Below, piece after piece: positions 37,103 through 45,810 of a stretch of DNA of 64,000 nt. The notes beneath the pieces were generated by a model that ran no database searches, had not been told where the DNA came from, and saw only the letters and a program-made list of their open reading frames with translations. The translations under genes were made by a program, and so were the position numbers. The stretch comes from a bacterium. Lineage in GTDB: Bacteria > Patescibacteriota > Saccharimonadia > Saccharimonadales > SZUA-47. Location of the stretch: NCBI GenBank assembly GCA_030428125.1, contig JAUIBF010000003.1, forward strand, positions 65,516-129,515, in the 5' to 3' direction. The first letter of the stretch is position 1. Each line of letters starts with the position of its first letter.

Positions 37103-37708
37103 CTAATCTGCTAATAGTACAGGTAGGTTATTTTTATTCAATGCGCCAGGGTCTCTATCTAGCATCTCTAAGTGATCCAAAACCGCGTATCCGATAGTCT
37201 CCCCGAGGTATACTTCTCTGTAGAAAAACTTCTCAAGTTTAAATGGCGCTGGTCTTAGGTGTTCAGTTGCTGCAACTCTGCTAGGAGCGTTAGTGTCGGG
37301 GTCTGCTTGCAAATAAATAATGCCGTTTGCCGGGTCTTCTTGTTCTAGGAGACGCCTTCTGACCGGTCGTTTAGTTAAGGTTTGGCATATGTTGAAGAAA
37401 GGGTCCATATAGAAAACTCTGGTATCGGACCCGTCTCTAGATTTAGTTACAGCGTAATTTGCAACATGACCAAAAGCTTTAGTCCTATGAAAATTAGGAG
37501 AAATTTCAAATATAAAACCCAAATCTAGGTCATAGCCAGCTTCGTCTAAAATCGGAGTGCCTTGACCTCTTAGGAGATCTAAAAGATTTGTAGCACGCTT
37601 CGTACATTCTAATTCTTGGCTTTCTCCTTCACTGTAGACTTCTTGGCATGCATTATGCATGACGTTTAGCCGCAGTTCTTTCGGTGGCATGTTATTCCTA
37701 GCCATCAA
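37103..37708 (-). CDS. hypothetical protein (third gene of an overlapping three-gene operon)
   Basis: 201 aa. Its start overlaps the upstream stop (ATGA-type, 4 nt). It has ordered Cys21 (HNACQE), His81 (FGHVANY) and Asp92/95. Confidence 0.5.
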   Translation of the reverse strand: MMARNNMPPKELRLNVMHNACQEVYSEGESQELECTKRATNLLDLLRGQGTPILDEAGYDLDLGFIFEISPNFHRTKAFGHVANYAVTKSRDGSDTRVFYMDPFFNICQTLTKRPVRRRLLEQEDPANGIIYLQADPDTNAPSRVAATEHLRPAPFKLEKFFYREVYLGETIGYAVLDHLEMLDRDPGALNKNNLPVLLAD

Positions 37709-38493
37709 GCTATGCCCTGATGCGTAATAACTCTACCGTTGTGAATGTCCCAAAGTTGATCCTTAAGATCTTCGTCTGCAAGGGTTGTGGAATGCCCTGT
37801 CATCGTGTCTACCACTGCAGTTGCCATTTCGTTAAAAAATATAGTTGCGAAAACCAAATCTGGTCTAGATGCTGTATCGTCTTCAGGAAATTTGATATCG
37901 AAGTAATCATCAGCAGTAATTGATGTGAGTTTTATCTCAGAGTCCGGTTTTCTAAGCATATAAACCGTTTCTTCATTTGTGTCAAAATCTCCTGTAGATC
38001 GTCGTTTCTGAAGTAATTCATGAACATTACTTACGCCTCCATAATGGCCTTCAAATTCACGCTCTTTACCGACAATGAGCAACTTACTACCTGGCACTAC
38101 ATCATCGGATTTTGATTCTGGATCGTAGTTATCCACAACAGTATCTAGATCATCTTGTCTCGCTGAAAATGTATTAAACCAATGTGATCCTACTCCATCG
38201 TAATGTACGATCGCTACGCCACTAGATATATGTTCAAATGGAGAAACTAACGTATGGAATAAAATACTTCTGGCCATACAGTTCGCAGTTCCTTCACGCA
38301 AAGCAGTGTCTAAGTTCGAACCTTTTGGCTCGTACTTGTTTAGTTTTCCATTTACGTACATGAATGCCTTTTGCAGAATTGAAAGTGGGCTGATTAGAGC
38401 TTCTTCCGGTCTCCTGTATGAAATATCGAAAGCTTCTCCGTAGAGGTTCGGGTGACGCTGTCCATATTGGGGCGCTATATCTAGATTAAACAC
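37705..38493 (-). CDS. hypothetical protein with a transglutaminase-like Cys-His-Asp arrangement
   Basis: Cys72 in EGTANCMARSILF, His104 in GSHWFNTF, and Asp114-121 in QDDLDTVVD. The spacings of 32 and about 15 residues resemble the transglutaminase-core/papain-like fold. Confidence 0.45.
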   Translation of the reverse strand: MFNLDIAPQYGQRHPNLYGEAFDISYRRPEEALISPLSILQKAFMYVNGKLNKYEPKGSNLDTALREGTANCMARSILFHTLVSPFEHISSGVAIVHYDGVGSHWFNTFSARQDDLDTVVDNYDPESKSDDVVPGSKLLIVGKEREFEGHYGGVSNVHELLQKRRSTGDFDTNEETVYMLRKPDSEIKLTSITADDYFDIKFPEDDTASRPDLVFATIFFNEMATAVVDTMTGHSTTLADEDLKDQLWDIHNGRVITHQGIA

Positions 38494-39322
38494 TTACCGG
38501 GCCTCCTGCTAGTAGTCGTACGGTATTCTTGCTTACCTGCTGCCATGTGGTTGTAAAAACTGGATGGTTAATTGCGGCACACTTTCCAGGAGTGTCTAAA
38601 ACACGCTTCACTTTGTCGAAATTGGTAGCGACTAGTTCGCCCCCACTAAACACAAAATCAAACTCATCGCTATCATTTTGGTAGAGCTCGTACCGTGCAG
38701 ACTCTTCGGTAAAGGCACCACCATCCTTTACGCCATATAAAACTTCCGTACGGTTGTTGTTTCTACGCGCCATATCTGCGAAAGCCATTGGTAAGGCCTC
38801 TTGTGATGCAATCAACACATCGATCATTTCAGTGTCAGATAAACCACCTTCTTTAAGCATTGCTTCAACGCCTCGTTGAGCGAGCATTCCCATTGCTTTC
38901 ATTCCCGTACCAATTCCAACGTCTGGAACTTTTCGCTCACCTCTCCGAGTGTATTCAACAGTCGAGATGTCTTCTGCGTCTCTAATCTGAAGAAACTCAC
39001 GCTGAACCCCTTTATGAAGTAAGTAGCCACCCAGGCCACCAATACTTGTGTGTCCTCTTAGTTTAAATAACTCATCCAAAGTCAAAGGAGCTTCGATGTC
39101 AACCTCGCCAGCTTCTTGCATTTCTGGTTTAGCAGTTTGTCCACAAAATGCTAGTACACCAGTATAGTCTAGTCGGGTCATACGGAGCGAAGAGATGTCG
39201 GGAGCTGGTGAAAAATCATCAAAATTCACAAATCCATAGGGTGGATTATTTATGACGGTTTGTTCCAGTCCTTGATGAAGTTGGTCGAGAATTTCCCCTA
39301 CACCAGGAGTCATAGTTTGCAT
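38486..39322 (-). CDS. hypothetical protein (first gene of the three-gene operon) with an NPPY motif
   Basis: 278 aa with VINNPPYGF at residues 23-31 and a glycine-rich PDVGIGTGMKAMG about 110 residues later. An in-frame stop lies 2 codons upstream of the ATG. Confidence 0.5.
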   Translation of the reverse strand: MQTMTPGVGEILDQLHQGLEQTVINNPPYGFVNFDDFSPAPDISSLRMTRLDYTGVLAFCGQTAKPEMQEAGEVDIEAPLTLDELFKLRGHTSIGGLGGYLLHKGVQREFLQIRDAEDISTVEYTRRGERKVPDVGIGTGMKAMGMLAQRGVEAMLKEGGLSDTEMIDVLIASQEALPMAFADMARRNNNRTEVLYGVKDGGAFTEESARYELYQNDSDEFDFVFSGGELVATNFDKVKRVLDTPGKCAAINHPVFTTTWQQVSKNTVRLLAGGPVSV

Positions 39323-39442
39323 AAGGTGTTATTATACAACAAAACAGCTTAAAAAGCCACACCTGTCTAGTACAAATTCAGCTAGTCTTCTGATATATTC
39401 CTGGAATACTTCGACCTAAGTGGGGCTTCTTGCTCTAATAAA

Positions 39443-39718
39443 TTACAACAGTGGTTCTGCGAAAACTGCCACTGCACGAGAGGTGGGTACACCATCAATA
39501 TCAGTAATTGGAGCTACGCCAGCACCTAAAATTGCGAGATATAACTTGCCAAATTCATGGGATTCGTGAAGAGTATTTGTTACAGTACAAGCAACTCCTC
39601 CTAATAAAACTTCACTAAGTCCGTATCTATTACGTAAGGCTTCTCCAGCTAAGTGTTCGCCTAGATCCATAGGTCTACTGCGTACAGAGGTGATAGCAAA
39701 TAGTGATTCTGATAACAT
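39443..39718 (-). CDS. hypothetical 91-aa protein
   Basis: The ORF starts 16 nt after the pseudouridine synthase stop. No motif recognised. Confidence 0.3.
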   Translation of the reverse strand: MLSESLFAITSVRSRPMDLGEHLAGEALRNRYGLSEVLLGGVACTVTNTLHESHEFGKLYLAILGAGVAPITDIDGVPTSRAVAVFAEPLL

Positions 39719-39734
39719 ATAAATGACTCAATAA

Positions 39735-40400
39735 TTAATAACTTATGTCAATAGTATACTTCCCCTCGATAATATTATCAAGGAGAAAGTCCGCATGCTT
39801 GATGCGCTTAAGTGAAAGAATATTTTTTTGAATAGATTCCAAGCTTCTACGGATCTGGCGATTACGGCCTTCCTCCAGTGTTACTTTGTATTTTTTAGAC
39901 TTTAGTTCTTCAATCTTTGCGAACTTACTTGGCCTTTCGTCGCCGATATCAACTCCTGTTGTGAGCTGTTTTATATCGCTGTCAGAGAGTTGTTCGTTCA
40001 GCTCTATTTCGTACACTTTTTCTTTATCTTTGCTAGGGTGAGTTAGCTCGTAAAGCAAATCTCCGTCAGAAGTTAGTATTACCAGACCACAGCTATCCTT
40101 ATCAAGCCTCCCGGCAATATTCAGGTACTCGTATTTCTTCGGAAGCAGATCATAAACCGTTGGACTCCCCTGACCGTCCCTGGAACACACGTATCCAATA
40201 GGTTTATTAAGTAGGATGGTTAGGTTTTCTGAACTTCCTGAAATAACCTTATTGTCTAAGGTTATAACGTCATCTGTTTTTATCGTATCTCCTATGCTGG
40301 CAGTTTTAGAATTTATTGTAATTCTTGCTGAAGCAATAGCTTCGTCAGCCTGACGACGTGATAAATGCGTGTTTTGAGCAATGAACTTATTGATTCTCAT
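39735..40400 (-). CDS. RsuA/RluB-family rRNA pseudouridine synthase
   Basis: N-terminal S4 domain (MRINKFIAQNTHLSRRQADEAI) and the catalytic GRLDKDSCGLVILTSDG. Confidence 0.85.
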   Translation of the reverse strand: MRINKFIAQNTHLSRRQADEAIASARITINSKTASIGDTIKTDDVITLDNKVISGSSENLTILLNKPIGYVCSRDGQGSPTVYDLLPKKYEYLNIAGRLDKDSCGLVILTSDGDLLYELTHPSKDKEKVYEIELNEQLSDSDIKQLTTGVDIGDERPSKFAKIEELKSKKYKVTLEEGRNRQIRRSLESIQKNILSLKRIKHADFLLDNIIEGKYTIDISY

Positions 40401-40425
40401 ATACTTCTAATAGTATATCTGAATT

Positions 40426-42264
40426 CTATAGTGCAATTGCGTTTGGATCTGGCTTGCTTGAATCTACAGGCATTGGTGAAGGCGCGGGGGACTCTGTAGC
40501 GGGTTGAGGGGATTGAGATACTCCATCGATACTAGTTCCGTTTGTATGGGGGATTACAGGTTTAGGGGTGGCGGCTTCGGTTTCAGTGGTCGATGTCTGT
40601 GTATTTGCAGGTTCAGTAACCGGAGCTGTGGATTCTTCTACTATTGGATGTGGAGTCTCTGGTGCTGGCTCTGGCGTCACTGGTGGCTCTTCTGCAACAG
40701 GTTCAGGAGCAGGCATAGGCGTAGGTGTTGGTGAAGGGTCAGAAGTTACTGGATCCGTTTGAACCATTACTGGCTGTGGTGTTGCGATTTGCTCATCTGT
40801 TGCCGTGGTTTCTGTCGCTGGTGCTTCTACTATTGGTGTTTCCACTGGAGTGACTGCCGGGGTATCAGCATCTGGCTCTGATCTCATGGGCTCGGGAGTG
40901 TTGGCTGGCTTTTCTATCGGTTTTGCGTCTTCTACAGGCTTAGGATTTAGTGCTTCTAGACTTCCATCTTCTCCGATCTTAACTTCATCTTCGGCTGGTG
41001 TTGCCGGTGCTGGTTCTGGTTCTTTCGGTTTTCTGGCAGCTGCTCTTAGTGTGGCTTCCGCTGATAATTCATCTGCCGTTTCATTTGCGTGGGGATTGGA
41101 GCTAATTTCTTTAGCAATTTGGGCCATTTGCTCCTTCTCTTTTTCCTTCTTAAGTAGCGCGTCTAAGTCAGGGCCGGAGCTCTTACTCAAATCATTAATT
41201 GGTTGTATCACTTTTTTTTTTGAAGATTCAGAGCTTGAAGAGCTATTCGGTGGAGTTGTGGATTCCGGTCCCTCTACGGGGTTAGCAGGTTCTGTAAATT
41301 CGTCTTCGGGTGTCTCTGGCGAAGCTTCACCAGCTGGTTTATCTTCAGCAACGGTTTGAGGTGCAGGTTCAGGCACAGGAGTTGGTGCTGAATCTGTAGT
41401 TTTTTTAGAATCAATAAAATTTTCAATCTGTGCAGCGATAGCTTTTTCTTCGTCCTTAACAGACTGGCCGAGGGCCTCTACTTCACTGTTGGTGGGACTG
41501 GGGGACGTTGCACCCTCTGACTGAGATGAATCATCACTTGTAGTAGTTGGATCAACAGCAGGTGTCGCTGGATCTTCTGTTACGGGAGCTGGTGTTGGGG
41601 TTGTAGAGTCATCGGCAGGATCAGAGCTTTGGGTAACTGCAGCAACTGGATCAACAGCAGGTGTCGCCGGATCTTCTGTTACGGGAGCTGGTGTTGGCGT
41701 TGTAGAGTCATCTTGTGTAACAGGTGCAGGAACAGGCGTTGGAGTTTCGGTAACAGGTTCGGGTACTGGCTCTGGAGTCATCGGTTCTTCTGCTACAGGT
41801 TCAGGAGTTTCTGTAGCTGGTGCTGGTGTTGGCGTTTCTGTAGGTTCTTCTTCGGCGACTAGTGCAGACTGTACGTTTGGTGGAGGAGTGTTTGCTTCTC
41901 CCTCTAAGACTTCGCGTGCAACTTTCGCTACGTCCTCCAAAGTCACCTGAGATTTTACGAGGTATCGATCGGCACCTAGTTTGCTAGCTCGTTCTTTATC
42001 CTCTGCTTGAGACAAGGCAGTCATCATTATCACCTTGGAGTTTTTTGTTTCCTCTGTTGAACGAATTATGTCTAACATGTCAAAGCCGCTGATTTTTGGC
42101 ATCATAACATCAGAAATAATTAAATCAGGCTTTTCTTTCATGGCAATGGTCAGAGCTTCTTCGCCATCGCGTGCCGAAACTATTTCGTAACCCTCTGCCT
42201 GCAATCTTGCTTCGTAAATTTCTCTTAGGTTGTTGTCATCTTCTACGAGTAATATTTTTGACAT
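40426..42264 (-). CDS. response-regulator receiver domain fused to a roughly 490-aa Pro/Thr/Glu-rich disordered tail
   Basis: The REC domain is intact (ILLVEDD, DLIISDVMMPKISG, MMTAL, YLVKS). The rest is PT/E-rich with internal repeats and has no recognisable output domain. Confidence 0.8.
   Translation of the reverse strand: MSKILLVEDDNNLREIYEARLQAEGYEIVSARDGEEALTIAMKEKPDLIISDVMMPKISGFDMLDIIRSTEETKNSKVIMMTALSQAEDKERASKLGADRYLVKSQVTLEDVAKVAREVLEGEANTPPPNVQSALVAEEEPTETPTPAPATETPEPVAEEPMTPEPVPEPVTETPTPVPAPVTQDDSTTPTPAPVTEDPATPAVDPVAAVTQSSDPADDSTTPTPAPVTEDPATPAVDPTTTSDDSSQSEGATSPSPTNSEVEALGQSVKDEEKAIAAQIENFIDSKKTTDSAPTPVPEPAPQTVAEDKPAGEASPETPEDEFTEPANPVEGPESTTPPNSSSSSESSKKKVIQPINDLSKSSGPDLDALLKKEKEKEQMAQIAKEISSNPHANETADELSAEATLRAAARKPKEPEPAPATPAEDEVKIGEDGSLEALNPKPVEDAKPIEKPANTPEPMRSEPDADTPAVTPVETPIVEAPATETTATDEQIATPQPVMVQTDPVTSDPSPTPTPMPAPEPVAEEPPVTPEPAPETPHPIVEESTAPVTEPANTQTSTTETEAATPKPVIPHTNGTSIDGVSQSPQPATESPAPSPMPVDSSKPDPNAIAL
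41549..41712 (-). repeat. 99-bp-period tandem duplication inside the receiver tail
   Basis: The 65-nt blocks at 41549-41613 and 41648-41712 differ at 2 positions. They encode DDSTTPTPAPVTEDPATPAVDP twice. Confidence 0.85.
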
Positions 42265-42337
42265 TGATTTGTTAGCCCTTATTCTTCTTTAGCATAACCT
42301 TTTCGTTAATTGTATCACGTACTTGAATTCTGTCCAC

Positions 42338-43573
42338 TTAACTTATCTGCGTATTATCTTCGTCTGCTAGTGCCTGCATTTCCTTTGCTTTCTCTGGGCT
42401 TATTCTTGGTAGGTTTATGTAGAATGTACTGCCGTGGCCGCTTTCGCTTTCAACCCAAATTTTACCTTTGTATAGCTCTATGATTTTCTTACATATAAAC
42501 AGACCTAATCCAGTTCCACCGATGGTTCTAGTTGCCGAATTATCGACTCTGTAAAATTTCTGGAACAAGTGCTGGATGTCTTCCTTAGGAATTCCCGGAC
42601 CAGTATCTTTAATGTAAAACTGTACGACACTAGCATCTCCAGTTACACCTATTGTAATCTTTCCAGACTCAGTGTATTTCACGGCATTATCGAACAGGTT
42701 CGTGATAACTTCCCGAAATCTATCAGGGTCTATATAAGCGTGCAAAAGTGGCGAAATATTCTTTATTGACCCCGAGCTAGTCGTTTGTTTTGCGTGATTA
42801 CTGTGAAGCTCAAGGCTTAAGCCTTTTTTCTCTGCTGAAAATCGCAAGTCCTCCACTAATTTATCGACAAAATCTCCAACTTCAACAATGGTTGGGTTGC
42901 TAGTTAACCTCCCGTCTTCAGCTTTGGCGCTAGTTAGGAGATCCTGGAAGAGCTTGCCTAAATGGTGGGTGCTGGATAGAGCTTTATCTAAATAACCACG
43001 TGCTTTCTCATCAATAGTGCTTACTTTGTCGTTCATCGCAAGAGATAGATACCCCTCAATAGCGGCAACCGGTGTGCGCATTTCATGACTAGCTGTGCTA
43101 ATGAAGTCAGCTCTTTGCTTTTCTTGTTTACGTTGCTCGTCTACATTTCGGAATACTCCAATTGCTCCTGAGACGTGCTCTGTAGAGTCTAGAAGAGGCG
43201 AAACGCTTACATCTACCGAGAGTGAAGTATTATCTTTTTTGACAAGTGACAGTGTGCTCTCATGTATCGTTGATTTCTGTTGAAAAACTCTAAAGAACGG
43301 GTGCATTTGCTCTGTTAAGGGCTGTCCCTTTTCGTCTACTAACTTTACAACAGAACGATAGTCGATCTCTGTAGCTTCAGCTTGGTCCCAGCCAGTTATT
43401 TTGCTAGCTGCTGGATTAAATATCTGAATAATATTTGATGTATCTATCAATATAACCGCGTCATCGATTGAGTTGACTATTACGCTAGCTCTTTGCTTTT
43501 CATCACGAATAACCGAAGATAGTTTCCCACCCCCGTTTTTGCCGTTGTTGTTTTGTTTTGAGAATAAACCCAT
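42338..43573 (-). CDS. soluble PAS-domain sensor histidine kinase
   Basis: PAS region, H-box TASHEMRTPVAAIEGY, N-box NLFDNAVKYT, DTGPGIP, GGTGLGLFIC. No TM helix. Confidence 0.88.
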   Translation of the reverse strand: MGLFSKQNNNGKNGGGKLSSVIRDEKQRASVIVNSIDDAVILIDTSNIIQIFNPAASKITGWDQAEATEIDYRSVVKLVDEKGQPLTEQMHPFFRVFQQKSTIHESTLSLVKKDNTSLSVDVSVSPLLDSTEHVSGAIGVFRNVDEQRKQEKQRADFISTASHEMRTPVAAIEGYLSLAMNDKVSTIDEKARGYLDKALSSTHHLGKLFQDLLTSAKAEDGRLTSNPTIVEVGDFVDKLVEDLRFSAEKKGLSLELHSNHAKQTTSSGSIKNISPLLHAYIDPDRFREVITNLFDNAVKYTESGKITIGVTGDASVVQFYIKDTGPGIPKEDIQHLFQKFYRVDNSATRTIGGTGLGLFICKKIIELYKGKIWVESESGHGSTFYINLPRISPEKAKEMQALADEDNTQIS

Positions 43574-43630
43574 ATTTTATTGTCGGGCAAGCCCTCCTAA
43601 GGCTGGAAAACCTGGGCTACGTAGGTGTGG

Positions 43631-43714
43631 TTATCGCATTCTGCGATCCCGAAACTTCGCGATAGAAAACAAGTTTTCTTCGGAAGGTTTCCTTGCGAAA
43701 TGCGCTTTAGGCAT
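43631..43714 (-). CDS. candidate 27-aa small ORF with a perfect Shine-Dalgarno
   Basis: On the minus strand the sequence reads AAGGAGGTGA-gaa-ATG, with 6 nt between GGAGG and the ATG. The product is MPKAHFARKPSEENLFSIAKFRDRRMR. Internal hairpins are GAAAAC/GTTTTC and ATCGC/GCGAT. Confidence 0.35.
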   Translation of the reverse strand: MPKAHFARKPSEENLFSIAKFRDRRMR

Positions 43715-43778
43715 TTCTCACCTCCTTAGCATCCGGGAAATTCAAGATTTCTCGGTGGATCCAACCCATTCATCGTGT

Positions 43779-43835
43779 GTATGTTTTTGGAGTAAATCCC
43801 AAAACATACGCTAAATAAGCAAAACGCTTTTGCTT
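43779..43835 (-). terminator. two tandem hairpins downstream of the DUF1996 gene
   Basis: AAGCAAAA pairs with TTTTGCTT (43817-43835). A 12-bp stem with one mismatch spans 43779-43809. Confidence 0.45.
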
Positions 43836-43890
43836 GTGTACCATTATGGCGTTTTTATATCTTTTGGGCAAGCTTTTCTAGAGAATATAT

Positions 43891-45810
43891 TTAGAATTTT
43901 CGACCGAAGAATCTTGGCTCTTCTTCGCCGGCTCTGAATTCAATACAGCCTAGTCTGTTTAGAGAAGGTCGGCCAGCGCATGGTCGTGCATCACTCTTGG
44001 TTAAGCCACAGTACCGTTGTCCTCTCACGCATGTATCGACAAGCCTCTCAAGGGTTTCAGGTCGCCAACCGTTTACGAAGTCAGCGTGTGCAGTGTACCA
44101 AGGACCAGAGCTAAACTTGAATCCTTCACCACCAGTTGCATCCGAGTATCCTAGATTGAACATTAGCTGGAAGAATGCTTTAGGGTGCGAGTCCGGACAC
44201 TTATTGCCAACTGGGTATGCCATATGTTTGGAGTTAGGTAGCCACAGGTTTTCTCCGTCCCAGCACTGTGGGAACTGTATCTGCAATCTAACACCATTTT
44301 CATTAGATCTGGTCGTGAACATACGTCCACCATGTGTTGATTGAGTATGAGGTTCTGTGTGCTTTCCTTCACTAGTGGTTGCAAACAGGTAGGTTACTTG
44401 GGGGCTTTGTGGGCCCGTTGCGTTAGCGTTACCAGCAATCATACGCAGTCCCACAGGCATCGGAACAATGTCTTGTGGGTTAACTCTACCAATTTTGTAA
44501 TAGAACTTATTATTGTCGGCTTCCAGGCGTTTGCCGTCTTGGTAAGCAGTTGGAGTCCAGTAGGCGCTTCTATCACCACCAACTTCACAAGTATTATCGG
44601 CGTTGTTAATTATAGATTCTATGGTTGAGTGTGCGCTAAGTGTTGTATCTCCAAAGAATTCATGACTGTGCGATGCTCCTGCTTGGTCCGGGAACACTAT
44701 CGGATCATCATTTTTGTAGTGAGAAGATTTGCAGTCGACTGTAAAGAGTTGTTGGCCACGACCCTTAAATCTACCGTGGAGAGTCGTAGTTATTACTTCG
44801 TCTTCAGGTATCACGGATGTATCGAACTGATCATCGCCAGTGTACACAAGGGCATCAGGATTTACAGAGTGAGGTGGCTCTGCAGATACAATTTCTGCTG
44901 GTCCTGGCTCTTCCTCGTCCATCCGTACCTCAGCTTCTTCGTAATTCGTAAAAGTTCTAACTTCTAGACAGTCGAGTGAATTGGTTTTTAGTTGTTCGTA
45001 ATCTTCGTTCAGCTCTTTCCAGGTTCTCTGTTCAACAGAATTTCCGTCTTCAATTAGCTTTTGTTTGCAGTCGTAATTTACCCAGATGAAGTATTTGTCT
45101 TCTAGTACTACTTGCGCACCTGTGCCCTCCCCCGACTTGCTAGGATTCTCATAAACTTTTATTTTGTCATTGCCTGAATCCCCTAAATCAATGTCCATGC
45201 CGGTGTCGCGGACAGTGAAATCGTCAATCAATAAAGTGCCAGAATCATATAGTCTAAATTCAAATCGTGCGTACTTTGCTCCTGTAGGTACCGTGCTGCC
45301 CATTGCTATTCTGGTCCAGTCTGAATTGCCGGATACTTGTCCAGCAGAGGTTGCGGTAGAAATCCAGGCATCTCCCCAGGAACCGTCTCCTTTGTCTTTA
45401 AAAAAACTTATTGATAACACGCCTCTTTCTTTAACGTTCACTGCTTTTAAATAAACAGAGGCAGTAACTTTTTCGCCAGGCATAACTTCTTGTTTATCGA
45501 TTCCGGTCATCCATCTAGTTAGTTCAGAAACTTTATTGACTCCATTTACAGAGTTGTTTGACTCGATTTTCAGAGACCTCTTGCCACTTCTGGACTCGTT
45601 GCTGTCATTTGTTTGGAAAAATTTAGCTTTTTTTCCGTGGTAAACATATTCGCCCTTTGGTAAATTCGACTCAAAATCATCCGTTATATCTATAGCTATA
45701 GTTTTTGATGTAAAAAGCTGTAAAGAAACCCCGATTGCTAGTAGGCTTGCAGCTATAGCGATGAAATAGAAAATCTTTTTGTAATTCTTGTTTAAGGCTA
45801 GAGATTTCAT
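43891..45810 (-). CDS. secreted/anchored protein: CBM4_9-like jelly-roll plus a DUF1996 domain
   Basis: N-terminal anchor, followed by a CBM-like region ending YARFEFRLYDSGTLLIDDFTV. The C-terminal part has DPIVFPDQAGASHSHEFFG...YWTPTAY, typical of DUF1996. Confidence 0.7.
   Translation of the reverse strand: MKSLALNKNYKKIFYFIAIAASLLAIGVSLQLFTSKTIAIDITDDFESNLPKGEYVYHGKKAKFFQTNDSNESRSGKRSLKIESNNSVNGVNKVSELTRWMTGIDKQEVMPGEKVTASVYLKAVNVKERGVLSISFFKDKGDGSWGDAWISTATSAGQVSGNSDWTRIAMGSTVPTGAKYARFEFRLYDSGTLLIDDFTVRDTGMDIDLGDSGNDKIKVYENPSKSGEGTGAQVVLEDKYFIWVNYDCKQKLIEDGNSVEQRTWKELNEDYEQLKTNSLDCLEVRTFTNYEEAEVRMDEEEPGPAEIVSAEPPHSVNPDALVYTGDDQFDTSVIPEDEVITTTLHGRFKGRGQQLFTVDCKSSHYKNDDPIVFPDQAGASHSHEFFGDTTLSAHSTIESIINNADNTCEVGGDRSAYWTPTAYQDGKRLEADNNKFYYKIGRVNPQDIVPMPVGLRMIAGNANATGPQSPQVTYLFATTSEGKHTEPHTQSTHGGRMFTTRSNENGVRLQIQFPQCWDGENLWLPNSKHMAYPVGNKCPDSHPKAFFQLMFNLGYSDATGGEGFKFSSGPWYTAHADFVNGWRPETLERLVDTCVRGQRYCGLTKSDARPCAGRPSLNRLGCIEFRAGEEEPRFFGRKF

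Noticed and set aside
40504-41862. Plus-strand ORFs (76-184 aa) rich in G, S, C, W and R opposite the receiver tail, and similar ORFs at 6151-6559 opposite the Pro/Thr-rich gene.
   Set aside because: They are low-complexity mirror images of Pro/Thr/Glu codon repeats. They stay open only because the sense strand lacks the complementary stop triplets.
43718-43728. The plus strand reads TCACCTCCTTA, identical to the 3' end of 16S rRNA.
   Set aside because: There is no rRNA-like sequence upstream (no GGATCACC context and no helix 45). It is simply the complement of a strong Shine-Dalgarno on the minus strand.
43473-43814. A 113-aa plus-strand ORF, and a 69-aa minus-strand ORF at 26572-26781.
   Set aside because: The first overlaps the histidine kinase start on the opposite strand and crosses terminator hairpins. 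The second lies in the hairpin-rich convergent gap, has an implausible aromatic/Leu-rich composition and no start signals.
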